From Agriterribacter sp. (GTDB lineage Bacteria; Bacteroidota; Bacteroidia; Chitinophagales; Chitinophagaceae), in contig JBQCFW010000114.1 of assembly GCA_051958655.1 (NCBI GenBank), positions 8,319 to 72,318 of the forward strand: a DNA stretch of 64,000 nucleotides, read 5' to 3'. Positions 1 through 10,320 of the stretch are shown piece after piece (the stretch's first letter is position 1; each line of letters begins with the position of its first letter). The position numbers were made by a program, and so were the translations under genes. The notes under the pieces were generated by a model, which made no database searches, was not told the origin of the DNA, and saw only the letters and a program-made list of their open reading frames with translations.

Positions 1-370
1 TTGTAATAACCGATCCTTTACCGGCCGCTTCTATAATTTGCGGGAGGGAAGAAAAGATCGTTTTAGGATTTTCGAGTGTTATGGAATTTAATGCCGCCAT
101 GGCTCCCCATTGCACCCGGTTGTTTTTGTGACTCAGCAAAGCCAGGAATTCTTTTGAATAGGATGAAATGAGTGCAGGATTTATTTCGCCAATTTCGTAC
201 AGCACCTTTATGCAATCATTTTGAATGTCTTTGCTCTTGTTATTCAAGTTGTCAACAAGCTCCTGAACGGCCTTTTTGTCTTTTTTTGCTGCAATTTCCT
301 TCGCCAGCTCCTGGTTGGGCACTTCATCTCTGCGATTAAGAGAGGAGGCAAGTTGGTGTAATATGCTCAT
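1..370 (-). CDS. HEAT/ARM-repeat-like hypothetical protein, truncated by window edge
   Basis: Manual translation from ATG at 370: MSILHQLASSLNRRDEVPNQELAKEIA...DCIKVLYEIG...NRVQWGAMAAL, open to base 1; helical repeat pattern. Confidence 0.7.
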   Translation of the reverse strand, partial: MSILHQLASSLNRRDEVPNQELAKEIAAKKDKKAVQELVDNLNNKSKDIQNDCIKVLYEIGEINPALISSYSKEFLALLSHKNNRVQWGAMAALNSITLENPKTIFSSLPQIIEAAGKGSVIT

Positions 371-400
371 CTGTCCAGTATTTATGTTTGTTATTATTGT

Positions 401-922
401 TCAACGAACTTTTTGCATTAACGCCAGTAGCCCCTGTTTTGTTCCTTCAAAATAATTTCCCTTCCTGTATTCGGGAAGTATAACCTTGTCTATTATCTCT
501 TTTGTTTCACTGTTAGTCAACTTTGCTTCAATTCCATATCCATTACATATCCTGATTTTTCTAAGACCGGTACTTACACCGATCACAATACCGTTGTTAA
601 CGCCTTTTCTTCCAACACCCCAATGATTGGCAATCTTCAATATACAGTCATCAAATTCTTCCAATGAAACTCTTGAACCTTCAATGGTTATAATAGCAAT
701 CTGATTGGTTGTTTCCCGGTCAAAATTCGCAATGATAGAGTCGAGTTCCGATATTTGGTCTTTAGAAAAAATATGTTCATAATCGCTCGTCCAGCCCAGC
801 GGTTTAGGAAGAGAATCGACTTTATTTATTTTACCAGCCGTCGATTGCTGTCTGCCGGATGGCGGCTTTCTGCAACATAATAATGCAATAAATATTAATA
901 AGTATAAGAAAAACCTTTGCAT
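401..922 (-). CDS. TPM domain-containing lipoprotein (YgcG-like)
   Basis: DYEHIFS...QIAIITI...WGVGRKGVNNGIVI...IRICNGYGIE TPM signature; signal/lipobox LLCC; start moved to MQRFF (922). Confidence 0.85.
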   Translation of the reverse strand: MQRFFLYLLIFIALLCCRKPPSGRQQSTAGKINKVDSLPKPLGWTSDYEHIFSKDQISELDSIIANFDRETTNQIAIITIEGSRVSLEEFDDCILKIANHWGVGRKGVNNGIVIGVSTGLRKIRICNGYGIEAKLTNSETKEIIDKVILPEYRKGNYFEGTKQGLLALMQKVR

Positions 923-1124
923 ACTACAGCTTTCAGGTATTGTGTCGGAATTATGTCGCAAGTTAAGCATTGTCGCGTTTTGTTGTTATTTTCCCGCCTT
1001 CTTACATAATACAGGTTGTGTATTGCAAATTGTTACTGCTCACCCCCCTTTAAAAAAATTCCGGGGGATAGATAATAGTATTTAACCTGTTTACTACTTT
1101 TAGCAAACCAAATGAAAATCTACC

Positions 1125-2366
1125 ATGAGCTTCTTCCATACTTTTTCGATATTGATGGTGGTATCCGCCCTTTTTGCCTATTGGAATTTCAGGTATCTTA
1201 AACTGCCTCCGTCTATTGGGCTAATGCTGATTGCTTTGCTGGCATCGCTCGGGCTGGTTATTACCGGCAATCTTTACCCGGAAATCCTGGTTGATGTAAC
1301 GGATTTGCTGAGAAGCTTCGATTTTTCTGAGCTCTTACTGGATTCAATGCTGAGTTTTATGCTTTTTGCGGGTGCAATCCATATTAATTTGGACGACCTG
1401 AAAAAAGAGAAGATCCCGGTAATGGTGTTCAGCACGTTCAGTGTCGTCATCTCCACTTTTTTAGTTGGGGGGCTGGCTTACTATACACTTCCCTTGTTTG
1501 GCGTGCATACGGAGTTTGTATACTGCCTGCTTTTTGGATCGCTTATTTCGCCTACCGACCCGATAGCCGTTTTGGGAATTCTTAAAGACGCAAAAGTGCC
1601 CAAATCGCTGGAGACAAAAATTGCCGGCGAATCGCTTTTTAATGATGGAGTGGCGGTGGTGGTTTTCATCACTATTTTGCAGGCCGCGCGTTCGCCTCAA
1701 ATACCTGAGCTTTCGGATATTGCAAAACTGTTTTTTCGCGAGGCTGCAGGCGGGCTGTTGTTAGGCTTTGCGGTAGGGTATGTAGGCTACAAAATGATGC
1801 GCAAAATCGATAATTACCGGGTAGAGGTGATGATTACCCTGGCTATTGTGATGGGCGGTTACACGCTGGCTAGCATCGTGCATGTTTCTGGTCCTTTAGC
1901 CATGGTGGTGGCGGGTATACTGGTGGGCAATCACGGTAAACGCTTTGCCATGTCGGACCAAACGAGTGAGTATATTTCTAAATTCTGGGAGCTGATAGAC
2001 GACATCCTCAACGCCTTGCTTTTTGTATTAATAGGACTGGAATTGTTGATTGTGGAGGATATACAAAAATATCTTTGGATAGGTTTATTGATGATCGTTC
2101 TGGTATTGGCGGTCCGTTATATTTCGGTGCTCATTCCTTCTTTCCTCATCAGGATAACCGACAGGTTTCAGCATAACACCGTGCTTGTTTTAACCTGGGG
2201 CGGCTTAAGGGGCGGCATATCTATTGCGCTGGCATTGTCGCTTACACCAGATGTGGGTAAAGACCTGTGGGTTTCGCTCACCTATTTTGTTGTGGCTTTT
2301 TCTATATTAGTACAGGGGCTTACGGTAGGAAAACTAGCGAAGATGCTGAGGTTTGATAATCATTGA
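1125..2366 (+). CDS. Na+/H+ antiporter, CPA1/NhaP family
   Basis: About 12 TM segments; LISPTDPIAV, GESLFNDG and WGGLRGGISIALAL motifs. Confidence 0.92.
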   Translation: MSFFHTFSILMVVSALFAYWNFRYLKLPPSIGLMLIALLASLGLVITGNLYPEILVDVTDLLRSFDFSELLLDSMLSFMLFAGAIHINLDDLKKEKIPVMVFSTFSVVISTFLVGGLAYYTLPLFGVHTEFVYCLLFGSLISPTDPIAVLGILKDAKVPKSLETKIAGESLFNDGVAVVVFITILQAARSPQIPELSDIAKLFFREAAGGLLLGFAVGYVGYKMMRKIDNYRVEVMITLAIVMGGYTLASIVHVSGPLAMVVAGILVGNHGKRFAMSDQTSEYISKFWELIDDILNALLFVLIGLELLIVEDIQKYLWIGLLMIVLVLAVRYISVLIPSFLIRITDRFQHNTVLVLTWGGLRGGISIALALSLTPDVGKDLWVSLTYFVVAFSILVQGLTVGKLAKMLRFDNH

Positions 2367-2615
2367 GCAGGAAATTAAAAGAACCAAACAAAAAACAATT
2401 AGTAATCAGCGGATCAAAATAAGCAATGGGTATTTCCTGTTCACATCGTAACAGGTAACTAAGTAAAACCGGAGATTGCTGCGCAATGCCCAATGGCGTT
2501 TATATCGCTCCAATTTTTTTACTGCTCTTCTTACCAAAAGTCATTTGGTACTCGGGACGAAACATTTTTGAGTGAAGTGCATACTTCTGTTTCAAATCAT
2601 TTAAGGAATAATTTA

Positions 2616-3458
2616 TTACTTGCCTTTAAGGTTTGAATACAACTCTTTTGTGAAATTACTGGCTCCCTCATAATTCAGATGATGTTCATCTGCTCTCCAA
2701 CTATCCGGGCATTTCCAGGCACTGTAATCTAACAAGGTAATATCACTGAATTTTTCCCTGTAAGTTTTATAAAAGGCTTCCTGGTCATAGAACTTAGCGG
2801 GATTGAACATGGGCATATACAAAAAATAAAGCCTGATGTTTTTATCCTTGCATAGCTTCACGATTTTTTCCAGATATGAAAGGTTAACCTGAGACCCGGA
2901 CTCTTGCCACTCTGGCATTTTATAACTGTCTTTTCTGCTGTCAAATGCTTCTTCTCTTGCTTTAAAGCAGCCCAGGCTTCTAAGGTCGGATGGGATTCTT
3001 TTGATTATTTTTTGAGTAAGTAGTGTCGTGATGTGAGATTTAGCAATGGTATCATACACCTTCCATTCTTCTTTAGAAAATAATGGCAAATAGGTAGGCA
3101 GAAAATAACTCATTTCATTGTTTGAATAATATTTGGAATCGGTGTTTTTCCATGTATCTGTAGGGGCATATTGAAGATAAACTCTGTCAACCTGCGGATT
3201 GTATTTTAGCAACTCCCGTAGTTTAAGGTAGGTAAACATATATCGTTCCGAACCCATTGCCAGGTTTATGCTGTTTGGGAAAATAGAATCGTTTATTCCA
3301 CATTCAATGTGTGAAGCGCCCATAAACAAAACGTGAATGTTTTCAGGGAGTTTCCAATTCATATTTTTGACCTTGTAAACCCTGTAGGAAGAAAGTGATA
3401 CCAACATAACGATCACCAACAGAGAAAATAATGAGACGTTTCTTATAAATTTTTTCAT
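2616..3458 (-). CDS. SGNH/DltD-like periplasmic partner of MBOAT acyltransferase
   Basis: N-terminal anchor, FMGASH (Ser block), C-terminal DEHHLN (D-x-x-H); directly downstream of the MBOAT gene; start at MKKFIR (3458). Confidence 0.7.
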   Translation of the reverse strand: MKKFIRNVSLFSLLVIVMLVSLSSYRVYKVKNMNWKLPENIHVLFMGASHIECGINDSIFPNSINLAMGSERYMFTYLKLRELLKYNPQVDRVYLQYAPTDTWKNTDSKYYSNNEMSYFLPTYLPLFSKEEWKVYDTIAKSHITTLLTQKIIKRIPSDLRSLGCFKAREEAFDSRKDSYKMPEWQESGSQVNLSYLEKIVKLCKDKNIRLYFLYMPMFNPAKFYDQEAFYKTYREKFSDITLLDYSAWKCPDSWRADEHHLNYEGASNFTKELYSNLKGK

Positions 3459-3462
3459 CTTC

Positions 3463-4899
3463 TTAAAACTGAAAATATATAAATTGTTGTTCACTGCCGC
3501 CTAGCCAAAGTATTGCCAAAACGAGTGCGAAATAGAAGCTGAGCCTCAGTGGTCGGTACCACCATTGTATCTGTTTTTCCAGAGCGTGATTGCCTTCTCT
3601 TCCAAACCATTCGACAATTACAAAAAATGCAATCAATGCGTACAAAGATTTTGGAGCTACATGTGGAAGGCTTAACAACGATTTATTAAAGATGCCTCCT
3701 ATATAGCTAAAAGCATGATGAAGTGATTCTGCACGGAAGAATATCCACGCAAATGCAATTAACAAAAATGTTGTAATCAATTGCGCCAGTTCTTTTATTG
3801 ATGGAAGTACATTTCCTTTTGCTACTATTTCAATATTATTTCTGTTTGTTCGCGAAATAATTGCCGGCATCATAAAAAGCGCATTCAGCCCTCCCCATAC
3901 AATAAAGGTCCAGTTCGCTCCATGCCAAAATCCGCTTACCAAAAAGATTATAAAAGTGTTTCTAACTCTCATCCAGGTGCCCCCCTTACTACCTCCTAAC
4001 GGTATATATAAATAATCCTTAAACCAACTGGAAAGAGAAATATGCCAACGTCGCCAGAATTCCGATACGTCTCTTGAGAAATACGGAAAGTTGAAATTCT
4101 TGAGCAGCTCAATCCCCAACAACCTGGCGCTTCCCAGTGCAATATCGGAGTAGCCTGAAAAATCTCCATAGATCTGGAATGCAAACAGGATGGCTCCCAT
4201 AACAAGATTACTTCCGCTCTGGTCGGCACTGTTATTAAATATTTCGTTTGCATAGATGGCACAATTGTCAGCTATTACTACTTTTTTAAAAAGCCCCCAA
4301 AGTATTTGTCTTAAACCATCTATAGCTTTCGTATAATCAAACTTTCTTTTCTTTTCTATTTGGGGTAGCAGGTGCGTGGCTCTTTCAATGGGGCCGGCCA
4401 CCAAAAGAGGAAAAAAGCACACAAACAAGGTATAGTTAATCCAGTTGTAACTTGGTTGGATGCGGTTGTTGTAAATGTCAAACACATAAGACAGTCCATG
4501 GAAAGTATAGAACGAAATTCCAACGGGCAGGATTATCTTTAGTGTGGTGTAATGCGGCTGAAATCCGATGGTTTTTAATAATTCAGCGAATGAATCGATA
4601 AAGAAGTTGTAATATTTAAAAAAACCGAGAAAGCCTAGATTTATACCCACACTAATAACTAACCATAACTTTTTCCTGGCTTTTGTTTTAGCTTCATAAA
4701 TGGCGATTCCTGAAAGGTAATCGAGTCCGGTTGAAAACGCAAGTAAAAATACAAAACGCCAATCCCAGCATCCATAAAAGTAGTAGCTCGCAACCAGTAG
4801 CAATATATTTTGCCATTTAAGGGATCGGTTATTGAGCCACCAGTAAATGCAGAAAACCAAAGGAAAAAAGATCAGGTACGATAAAGAGTTGAAAAGCAT
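3463..4899 (-). CDS. MBOAT family O-acyltransferase (AlgI/DltB-like)
   Basis: LPVGISFYTF, FFPLLVAGPIER, DFSGYSDIA, FWRRWHISLSSW, SGFWHGANWTF. Confidence 0.95.
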   Translation of the reverse strand: MLFNSLSYLIFFPLVFCIYWWLNNRSLKWQNILLLVASYYFYGCWDWRFVFLLAFSTGLDYLSGIAIYEAKTKARKKLWLVISVGINLGFLGFFKYYNFFIDSFAELLKTIGFQPHYTTLKIILPVGISFYTFHGLSYVFDIYNNRIQPSYNWINYTLFVCFFPLLVAGPIERATHLLPQIEKKRKFDYTKAIDGLRQILWGLFKKVVIADNCAIYANEIFNNSADQSGSNLVMGAILFAFQIYGDFSGYSDIALGSARLLGIELLKNFNFPYFSRDVSEFWRRWHISLSSWFKDYLYIPLGGSKGGTWMRVRNTFIIFLVSGFWHGANWTFIVWGGLNALFMMPAIISRTNRNNIEIVAKGNVLPSIKELAQLITTFLLIAFAWIFFRAESLHHAFSYIGGIFNKSLLSLPHVAPKSLYALIAFFVIVEWFGREGNHALEKQIQWWYRPLRLSFYFALVLAILWLGGSEQQFIYFQF

Positions 4900-5294
4900 T
4901 TTTAGTTTTTTATGATTGTACCATAGACGAGCGGTTTTGACTTTGCTGAAACATGAGACTTTAACAGGAACGTTCTGTAATTGTAATGTGCCATAATTTT
5001 AACAAGCCGGAACATTGGATGGGTAGCTCAAAAGTCAGGGCTTGATACTAACGGCTATGTGTTTTTGTTATAATAGCTGCCACTTCGTTTATGTGAGCGG
5101 TGAGTTTTACAAGGAGCACTGCTTGATTCTCCGATCGCAAAGATCGTAGCTGAACTTCGACTGATTGCCGTAACAGCGACAACGCCTAGGCAATATCAGC
5201 AGCAGGTCGAAAATTCCCGCAAATGAACGAAAAAAGTGGGAATAAAAGAAAAATATAAAGGGAAAAACTAAAGTAGTAGCAAAGGTCAAAAAAA

Positions 5295-5423
5295 TAAGTG
5301 GAAGACCGAAGCAAATCTTAAGAACCCAATTGTAAAGCCAAAAGATTTCTCAACTTTTATCAAAACATCAGAGATGTCTTCCGGATCAATGTTGCAGAGT
5401 TCGTATGTGTTGAGGTCTGTCAT
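5295..5423 (-). pseudogene. Truncated remnant of a Bacteroidota hypothetical-protein gene
   Basis: MTDLNTYELCNIDPEDISDVLIKVEKSFGF resembles, from recall, the N-terminus of a longer Bacteroidota family; frame closes after about 45 codons; coordinates approximate. Confidence 0.4.
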
Positions 5424-5664
5424 AGCGTTGAAAATACTTTTGTTGTGCCTTTGCCGTTTCCTAAAGTCTGAAGAATTCTAAAAATCTTTCTTCGGCTGGA
5501 TATTTACCTTCATTGAACCTATTTCTCCATGCAAAGCTGTTGTGTTCATGAATGTCATTTGCAAGCATTTAGTTCGGTTGCTTCTTTAACTTCTTTTGAC
5601 TTTGAACTACTTAAAATGACAAGAAACAAATCCCAAATCACAAATCAGAAATCAGCAATCAACA

Positions 5665-6408
5665 TCAGTCCCTGTACGCTCTTCCTGTAAGGTTCAGGAA
5701 CAATCCCTCCAGCCCATCCTGTTGATGTTCCTGCAGCAAAGCGGAGAGTGAATTGCTGGCAATGATCTCGCCCTGGTCTATCATCGCTACTTTATTGCAA
5801 AGGTCTTCTGCTTCTTTCAGTTGGTGAGAAGTGTATATAAGCGTCATGCCCTGGTTGTTGAGTTGCTTAAGGTAGCCAATGATAGCGTGCCTTGTTTGCA
5901 CATCTACGCCTACGGTTGGTTCGTCGAGGAAAAGTATTTGCGGCTCGTGCATTACTGCTATGGCAAGGTTCACCCGGCGTTTCATTCCTCCCGAAAATTG
6001 ATGAACCGCTTTTTTTCTCACTTCCTGCAATGCCATTACCGTTAACAGCTCATCTGTTTTGCGAGCAATCTGTGCTTTGCTTAAACCTGCCCATGCGCCA
6101 AAAAATTCCATGTTTTCCGTGGGACTTAGTTCGTGGTAAAACGAAAAATCCTGCGGCACAAAACCAAACAGTGTATTGATTTTCTTTTTGTGGTCTTTTA
6201 TTTCATGTCCCAACAGTTGCACCGATCCGGTTTCGTACGGAAGCAGCCCCGTCATGATGTTCATGAGCGTGGTTTTGCCGGCACCGTTCGGTCCAAATAT
6301 GCCAAACCGCTCGCCCTGCTCTACCTGCAGGCTGAGGTTGGGAATTACCTGTCTTGCCTGGCCTTTGTAGCCGAAGCTTAGGTTTTGTATGTTAATGGCG
6401 GGAGACAT
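5665..6408 (-). CDS. ABC transporter ATP-binding protein (dar/flexirubin-cluster type)
   Basis: Walker A GPNGAGKTT, signature FSGGMKRR, Walker B ILFLDEP. Confidence 0.93.
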   Translation of the reverse strand: MSPAINIQNLSFGYKGQARQVIPNLSLQVEQGERFGIFGPNGAGKTTLMNIMTGLLPYETGSVQLLGHEIKDHKKKINTLFGFVPQDFSFYHELSPTENMEFFGAWAGLSKAQIARKTDELLTVMALQEVRKKAVHQFSGGMKRRVNLAIAVMHEPQILFLDEPTVGVDVQTRHAIIGYLKQLNNQGMTLIYTSHQLKEAEDLCNKVAMIDQGEIIASNSLSALLQEHQQDGLEGLFLNLTGRAYRD

Positions 6409-6569
6409 TGGTAGTGGTAGGTGGCAAGTGGTAAGTGGTAAGGTGAAAGGTGTGAGGCATAAGACGTAAGGTGTAAGTGACAGGCATTGACTTAGTAATT
6501 AATGTTTATGGTAATGAAGATATGTTGAAATGCAAGGGCTGTGCGCTGATGTCCTTTCCTTCGGGGAGG

Positions 6570-7598
6570 CTAGGAGGGGCTTCTCATCTTCTTTACAGCC
6601 ACCGCCAACTCCTTAAACGCTACTTTTTCCATTTCTGCAATTTCCAGCAGCATATCACCCATATTGTTGTAATCCTGCTGGGTGGTTAACCGTCCTTTAT
6701 AAATACCCGATGCCTGCACGGCTGCATCACGCCAACGGTCACCCGCTTTTGTAAATTGCTGCGATATGTTCATCAGTTCGTCTATAGGGTGGTAAGCATA
6801 TGCCTGTTGCAAAAAAGCTCCATATATAAACCTGAACCCGCCTCCGCCTGTACCTATCTCTTCCTGCATGCGCACCAATTGCGCCAGGTAGCTGCGCGAT
6901 TTTTCAATCCCGAGCGAATCACGCCACTGCTTTATTTTTTTTGCTGTATATCGTATGCCGCTAATACCGGCAATATTGCCTGGTATGTGCAGCATGTCTC
7001 TTACGTTCCTTTTTATACCGGTAACAATGGCTGCTTTCACTTGCTCGTCGGTTACCGGGCGTCTTTCCCTGGGATAATATAGTTGTCCACGGGGAGCCAA
7101 TGGGCCCTTTGCAAATCTTACCCTTTTCAGCTCATAGCTGCTCATGGTAACAATGGTTTCCATAATAGGGTCGCTGATCAGGTAATTGTCGCCCTCTTTA
7201 CCTACTACAATCAGGTTGTGTGCATTGAAGTGAAAGCGGTATTCTTTTGGAAAGTAGGGGAGATAGTAAACACCTACCTGGCATGCTGCCGGCTCGCCTG
7301 CATTCAGGCGGGCATCGAGTTCCAACTGCGCTTTTTCTTCCGACGAAAATTTTTTGCGTAAGATGGGAATGTCAAGCGATTTACAAGTGCGTTTGAATAT
7401 CATGCCCGGCATGGTGCGGAACGATATGGCCGGACCGCCGTTTACCTTCATAAAAGGGATGTATATAAAAAACAATCCCGAACCAATGCCAAAGGCAAGC
7501 GGCTCGGTAATTTGCTGAACGCCGTAATGTTTTAGAAGACTGGTGGTAACACCATTTTCGCAATGAGCCGCCTGTGCGTGTGTAAAATCGAGTTTCAT
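6570..7598 (-). CDS. BtrH N-terminal / C39-like protein typical of dar clusters
   Basis: HCENG...FHFNAHNLIV...ISDP papain-like Cys/His/Asp pattern; position downstream of darB. Confidence 0.8.
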   Translation of the reverse strand: MKLDFTHAQAAHCENGVTTSLLKHYGVQQITEPLAFGIGSGLFFIYIPFMKVNGGPAISFRTMPGMIFKRTCKSLDIPILRKKFSSEEKAQLELDARLNAGEPAACQVGVYYLPYFPKEYRFHFNAHNLIVVGKEGDNYLISDPIMETIVTMSSYELKRVRFAKGPLAPRGQLYYPRERRPVTDEQVKAAIVTGIKRNVRDMLHIPGNIAGISGIRYTAKKIKQWRDSLGIEKSRSYLAQLVRMQEEIGTGGGGFRFIYGAFLQQAYAYHPIDELMNISQQFTKAGDRWRDAAVQASGIYKGRLTTQQDYNNMGDMLLEIAEMEKVAFKELAVAVKKMRSPS

Positions 7599-7646
7599 TC
7601 GTATATTAATGTATGCTGTTGAATTTTACAGCACTGCTATATTGTT

Positions 7647-8051
7647 TTATAAAGCGGAAAGAATTTGTTGAGCATTCTTTAATTCCTGCGGTGTAATTTC
7701 AAACAGCTCCGCATATTTCTGTATTTTTTTTTCGGACAGTGTATTAAAAACAGCTGGTTTAAGGTGGCGTTTTATCTGCCATTGCCAAAATCCGGTATAA
7801 GCGGCAACAAGCGGTAAATCCATAATTTTCAGTTCCATAAAATAAAGAATGGGACTGGCTTCGTTGTTGAGCACTTTTCGTTTTGCTTCTGCCACTTTTT
7901 TTTCTATATCGCCCCAGGCAATGTCGAGTGCTTCTGTCTTAATATTCCAGCCGTTGCTGATGCCGGTGGTATAGTTGCCGTTTTCATCAACCACATACGA
8001 TACTTCATTGCCCAGCGCACCTTTGTCCTGCGGAATGTCTTCCTTTTTCAT
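7647..8051 (-). CDS. Conserved hypothetical protein of dar/flexirubin clusters
   Basis: MKKEDIPQD...YVVDENGNY...SPILYFMEL...WQIKRHLKP; sits between darB and the BtrH-like gene. Confidence 0.75.
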   Translation of the reverse strand: MKKEDIPQDKGALGNEVSYVVDENGNYTTGISNGWNIKTEALDIAWGDIEKKVAEAKRKVLNNEASPILYFMELKIMDLPLVAAYTGFWQWQIKRHLKPAVFNTLSEKKIQKYAELFEITPQELKNAQQILSAL

Positions 8052-8186
8052 GCAAATATTAGTTTAAAGAAGGAATAGCGGTCAGCTATCGGCTTTCAGC
8101 AGTCAGCGCTCAGCAATCAGCTTTCTGTGGAATCTGCCAACAGAGCACCTATACCTGATGGCTGAAAGCTGATCGCTGGCAGCTTA

Positions 8187-9335
8187 TCAGCAAACCGTAA
8201 GCAATCCATACATATATGAAAAGCGGGAACTTTCCGGCACCAGCAATAATATTTTATCGCCCACTTTCAGCTTATCGCTGTTAAACAATTCATCTACCAT
8301 AAAATAAACCGAAGCTGCGCCCACATTGCCCACCGTACTTAAATTTACAAACCATTTTTCATACGGAATTTCGATGCCGTTTTTTACATGCTCCTGGTAA
8401 ATTTTGTCTTTAAAAAAGTTGCTCGACATGTGAGGCATGTAATAAGTAATATCGTTGGGGGTAATTCCTTTCGTATCAAACAGGCGTTTCAGCATTTTGC
8501 CACCGTAGGGAACAATATTTTCGCTCAGCAATTTTACATCCTGCTTAATGCTTAAAACAGATTTTTCGTTCATTTCGTTGTGGTCGAACTCAAGGTAGCT
8601 CTTCAATGTGCCGTCTGGCTGCTTTTCGGCACCCATATACATGCACGATTCCATATGGTCGGCATAGGATATTCCTTCCAGCCATTCTATCTTTAAGCTT
8701 AACCCGGTTTCATTTTTTTTGTTGCTCAGCAAAAACGCGGCAGCACCATCAGAAAGCATCCAGCGCAAAAACTCTTTATCAAAGCTGATGTATGGATTTT
8801 GCTCCAACGCTTCCAGTTTATGCACTTCGTCTTCGAACTGGTGCGCTACCAGCGAAGCCGAAAACCGTTCTGAACCGGTAGCGATCGCCTTTTTTGCATC
8901 ACCTGTTTTTACAGACATGTAGGCATACTTGAGCGCATGCATTCCCGCACAGCAAACACCGCTGGGTGATACCACTTCGAGCGAACCCATTTCGGGCAGC
9001 CAGCCATGAACCATGCACGCGTGAGAAGGCATCATTTGATCGGGAGAAGAGGTGCCGCACGACAATACATCGATTTGTTGAATGCCCTGGTGATCGTTCT
9101 TAAAAAGTTCCTTTATGGCCAGTGCTGTAAGCTGCGCATTGGTATGAGTGGTTTTGCCGCCTTTTTCCAATGCATAATAGCGATTGGTAATGGCATTGTT
9201 GCGCAAAACAATTCTGCGCGATTTGGAAGGTTTTCCGTTGATATAGCCAAGGTATTCTTCCATTTCGTCGTTCGATACAGGGTTATTCGGAAAAAAATGC
9301 GATGTTCTGTTAATATAAACTTCGTTCAATGACAT
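8187..9335 (-). CDS. darB: DarB/StlD-type beta-ketoacyl-ACP synthase III
   Basis: SGVCCAG catalytic Cys, EFLRWMLSDGAAA, PHMSS, GNVGAAS; adjacent to darA. Confidence 0.9.
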   Translation of the reverse strand: MSLNEVYINRTSHFFPNNPVSNDEMEEYLGYINGKPSKSRRIVLRNNAITNRYYALEKGGKTTHTNAQLTALAIKELFKNDHQGIQQIDVLSCGTSSPDQMMPSHACMVHGWLPEMGSLEVVSPSGVCCAGMHALKYAYMSVKTGDAKKAIATGSERFSASLVAHQFEDEVHKLEALEQNPYISFDKEFLRWMLSDGAAAFLLSNKKNETGLSLKIEWLEGISYADHMESCMYMGAEKQPDGTLKSYLEFDHNEMNEKSVLSIKQDVKLLSENIVPYGGKMLKRLFDTKGITPNDITYYMPHMSSNFFKDKIYQEHVKNGIEIPYEKWFVNLSTVGNVGAASVYFMVDELFNSDKLKVGDKILLLVPESSRFSYMYGLLTVC

Positions 9336-9398
9336 CTTATGATTTATAGAAATTTCGAAAATAAAATAATATCATATATCGTACCGCTAAAAAGGCAG

Positions 9399-10307
9399 TT
9401 ACTTCAAATCAACACCTGCATAATATGCTTTTTGTTTTTGTATGCGTTTTGACAAAAATGGTCTGAAAAACAGAGCGTCTACCAGCAAAATAACAGGAGC
9501 AGCAACAAATAAGGCAATCAGTATATAATATTTGAAGGCTACCAGCCAGGGACCTTTGTTTTTCTTTTTTGCTATAATGCCCGACCATATTTTAAATATT
9601 TTTCCCGCTTTCCTTTCAATAAACATCAGGTAGTACCTGATGTCTACAGCTTTTTGTGCAACCAGCTTTGGCTGCAATGTATCCCACTCATTTTTCAACA
9701 AATGGTTTTTCACGGTTTCGCCAAATATAGCGGAATTAGCTATATCTTCATCCGATACGCCGGGTCGGGGAAAAATCCCCCATTTGCGGTCTTTTTTGCC
9801 GGTGAGCATCCAGTAAAAAATGGTTACAAGGCTGGTATAATTATCATGCTTGTCTACCAGTGCAATATTGCCCACCAGTTTAGCGCCCGCTTCCTTCAAC
9901 CTTATTTTTATCTTTTCCTGTGCATTTATCCACATATTCCTGCATCCGCTGATGGTGACCACCGGTGTATTTTTTGCCACGGCTTTAAAAGTTTCATGCA
10001 TCAGCAATGAATTGATGGGAATGCTGGGCGACAAGAACCAGGGTTGATATCCTATAATAATAAGATCGTAAAAAGGCTCTTTAAACGAAAATGTTTCCAG
10101 CGGTTCGGGTATGCCATCCACGCTGTGCGGCATCGCTTCAAAAAATATGCGGGTCGTCCACGGAAAAGGGAATTTCTTCTCAGGGTGAATGCGTACCTGC
10201 TCCAGCGTAACACCAGGTGTATTTTGCAGGGAACTGGTAAAATGATGGAGAATCTCCTCCATTTGGCCCGACTGTGTAAAATACGCCACTAATATTTTTT
10301 TGCTCAT
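9399..10307 (-). CDS. darA: Dialkylresorcinol-condensing enzyme DarA
   Basis: YFTQSGQ, FPFPWT, YQPWFLSPSIP, GCRNMW...AQEK, FPRPGVSDEDI motifs. Confidence 0.9.
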   Translation of the reverse strand: MSKKILVAYFTQSGQMEEILHHFTSSLQNTPGVTLEQVRIHPEKKFPFPWTTRIFFEAMPHSVDGIPEPLETFSFKEPFYDLIIIGYQPWFLSPSIPINSLLMHETFKAVAKNTPVVTISGCRNMWINAQEKIKIRLKEAGAKLVGNIALVDKHDNYTSLVTIFYWMLTGKKDRKWGIFPRPGVSDEDIANSAIFGETVKNHLLKNEWDTLQPKLVAQKAVDIRYYLMFIERKAGKIFKIWSGIIAKKKNKGPWLVAFKYYILIALFVAAPVILLVDALFFRPFLSKRIQKQKAYYAGVDLK

Positions 10308-10320
10308 GCGCTCGCCAGGA

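Noticed and set aside
5040-5100. Integron/cassette-like recombination site near GCCGTTAG
   Set aside because: Only a short degenerate resemblance, no second copy or integrase in the window.
5107-5289. 60-aa ORF
   Set aside because: Low-complexity Phe-rich frame with no recognisable family; lies in a debris region.
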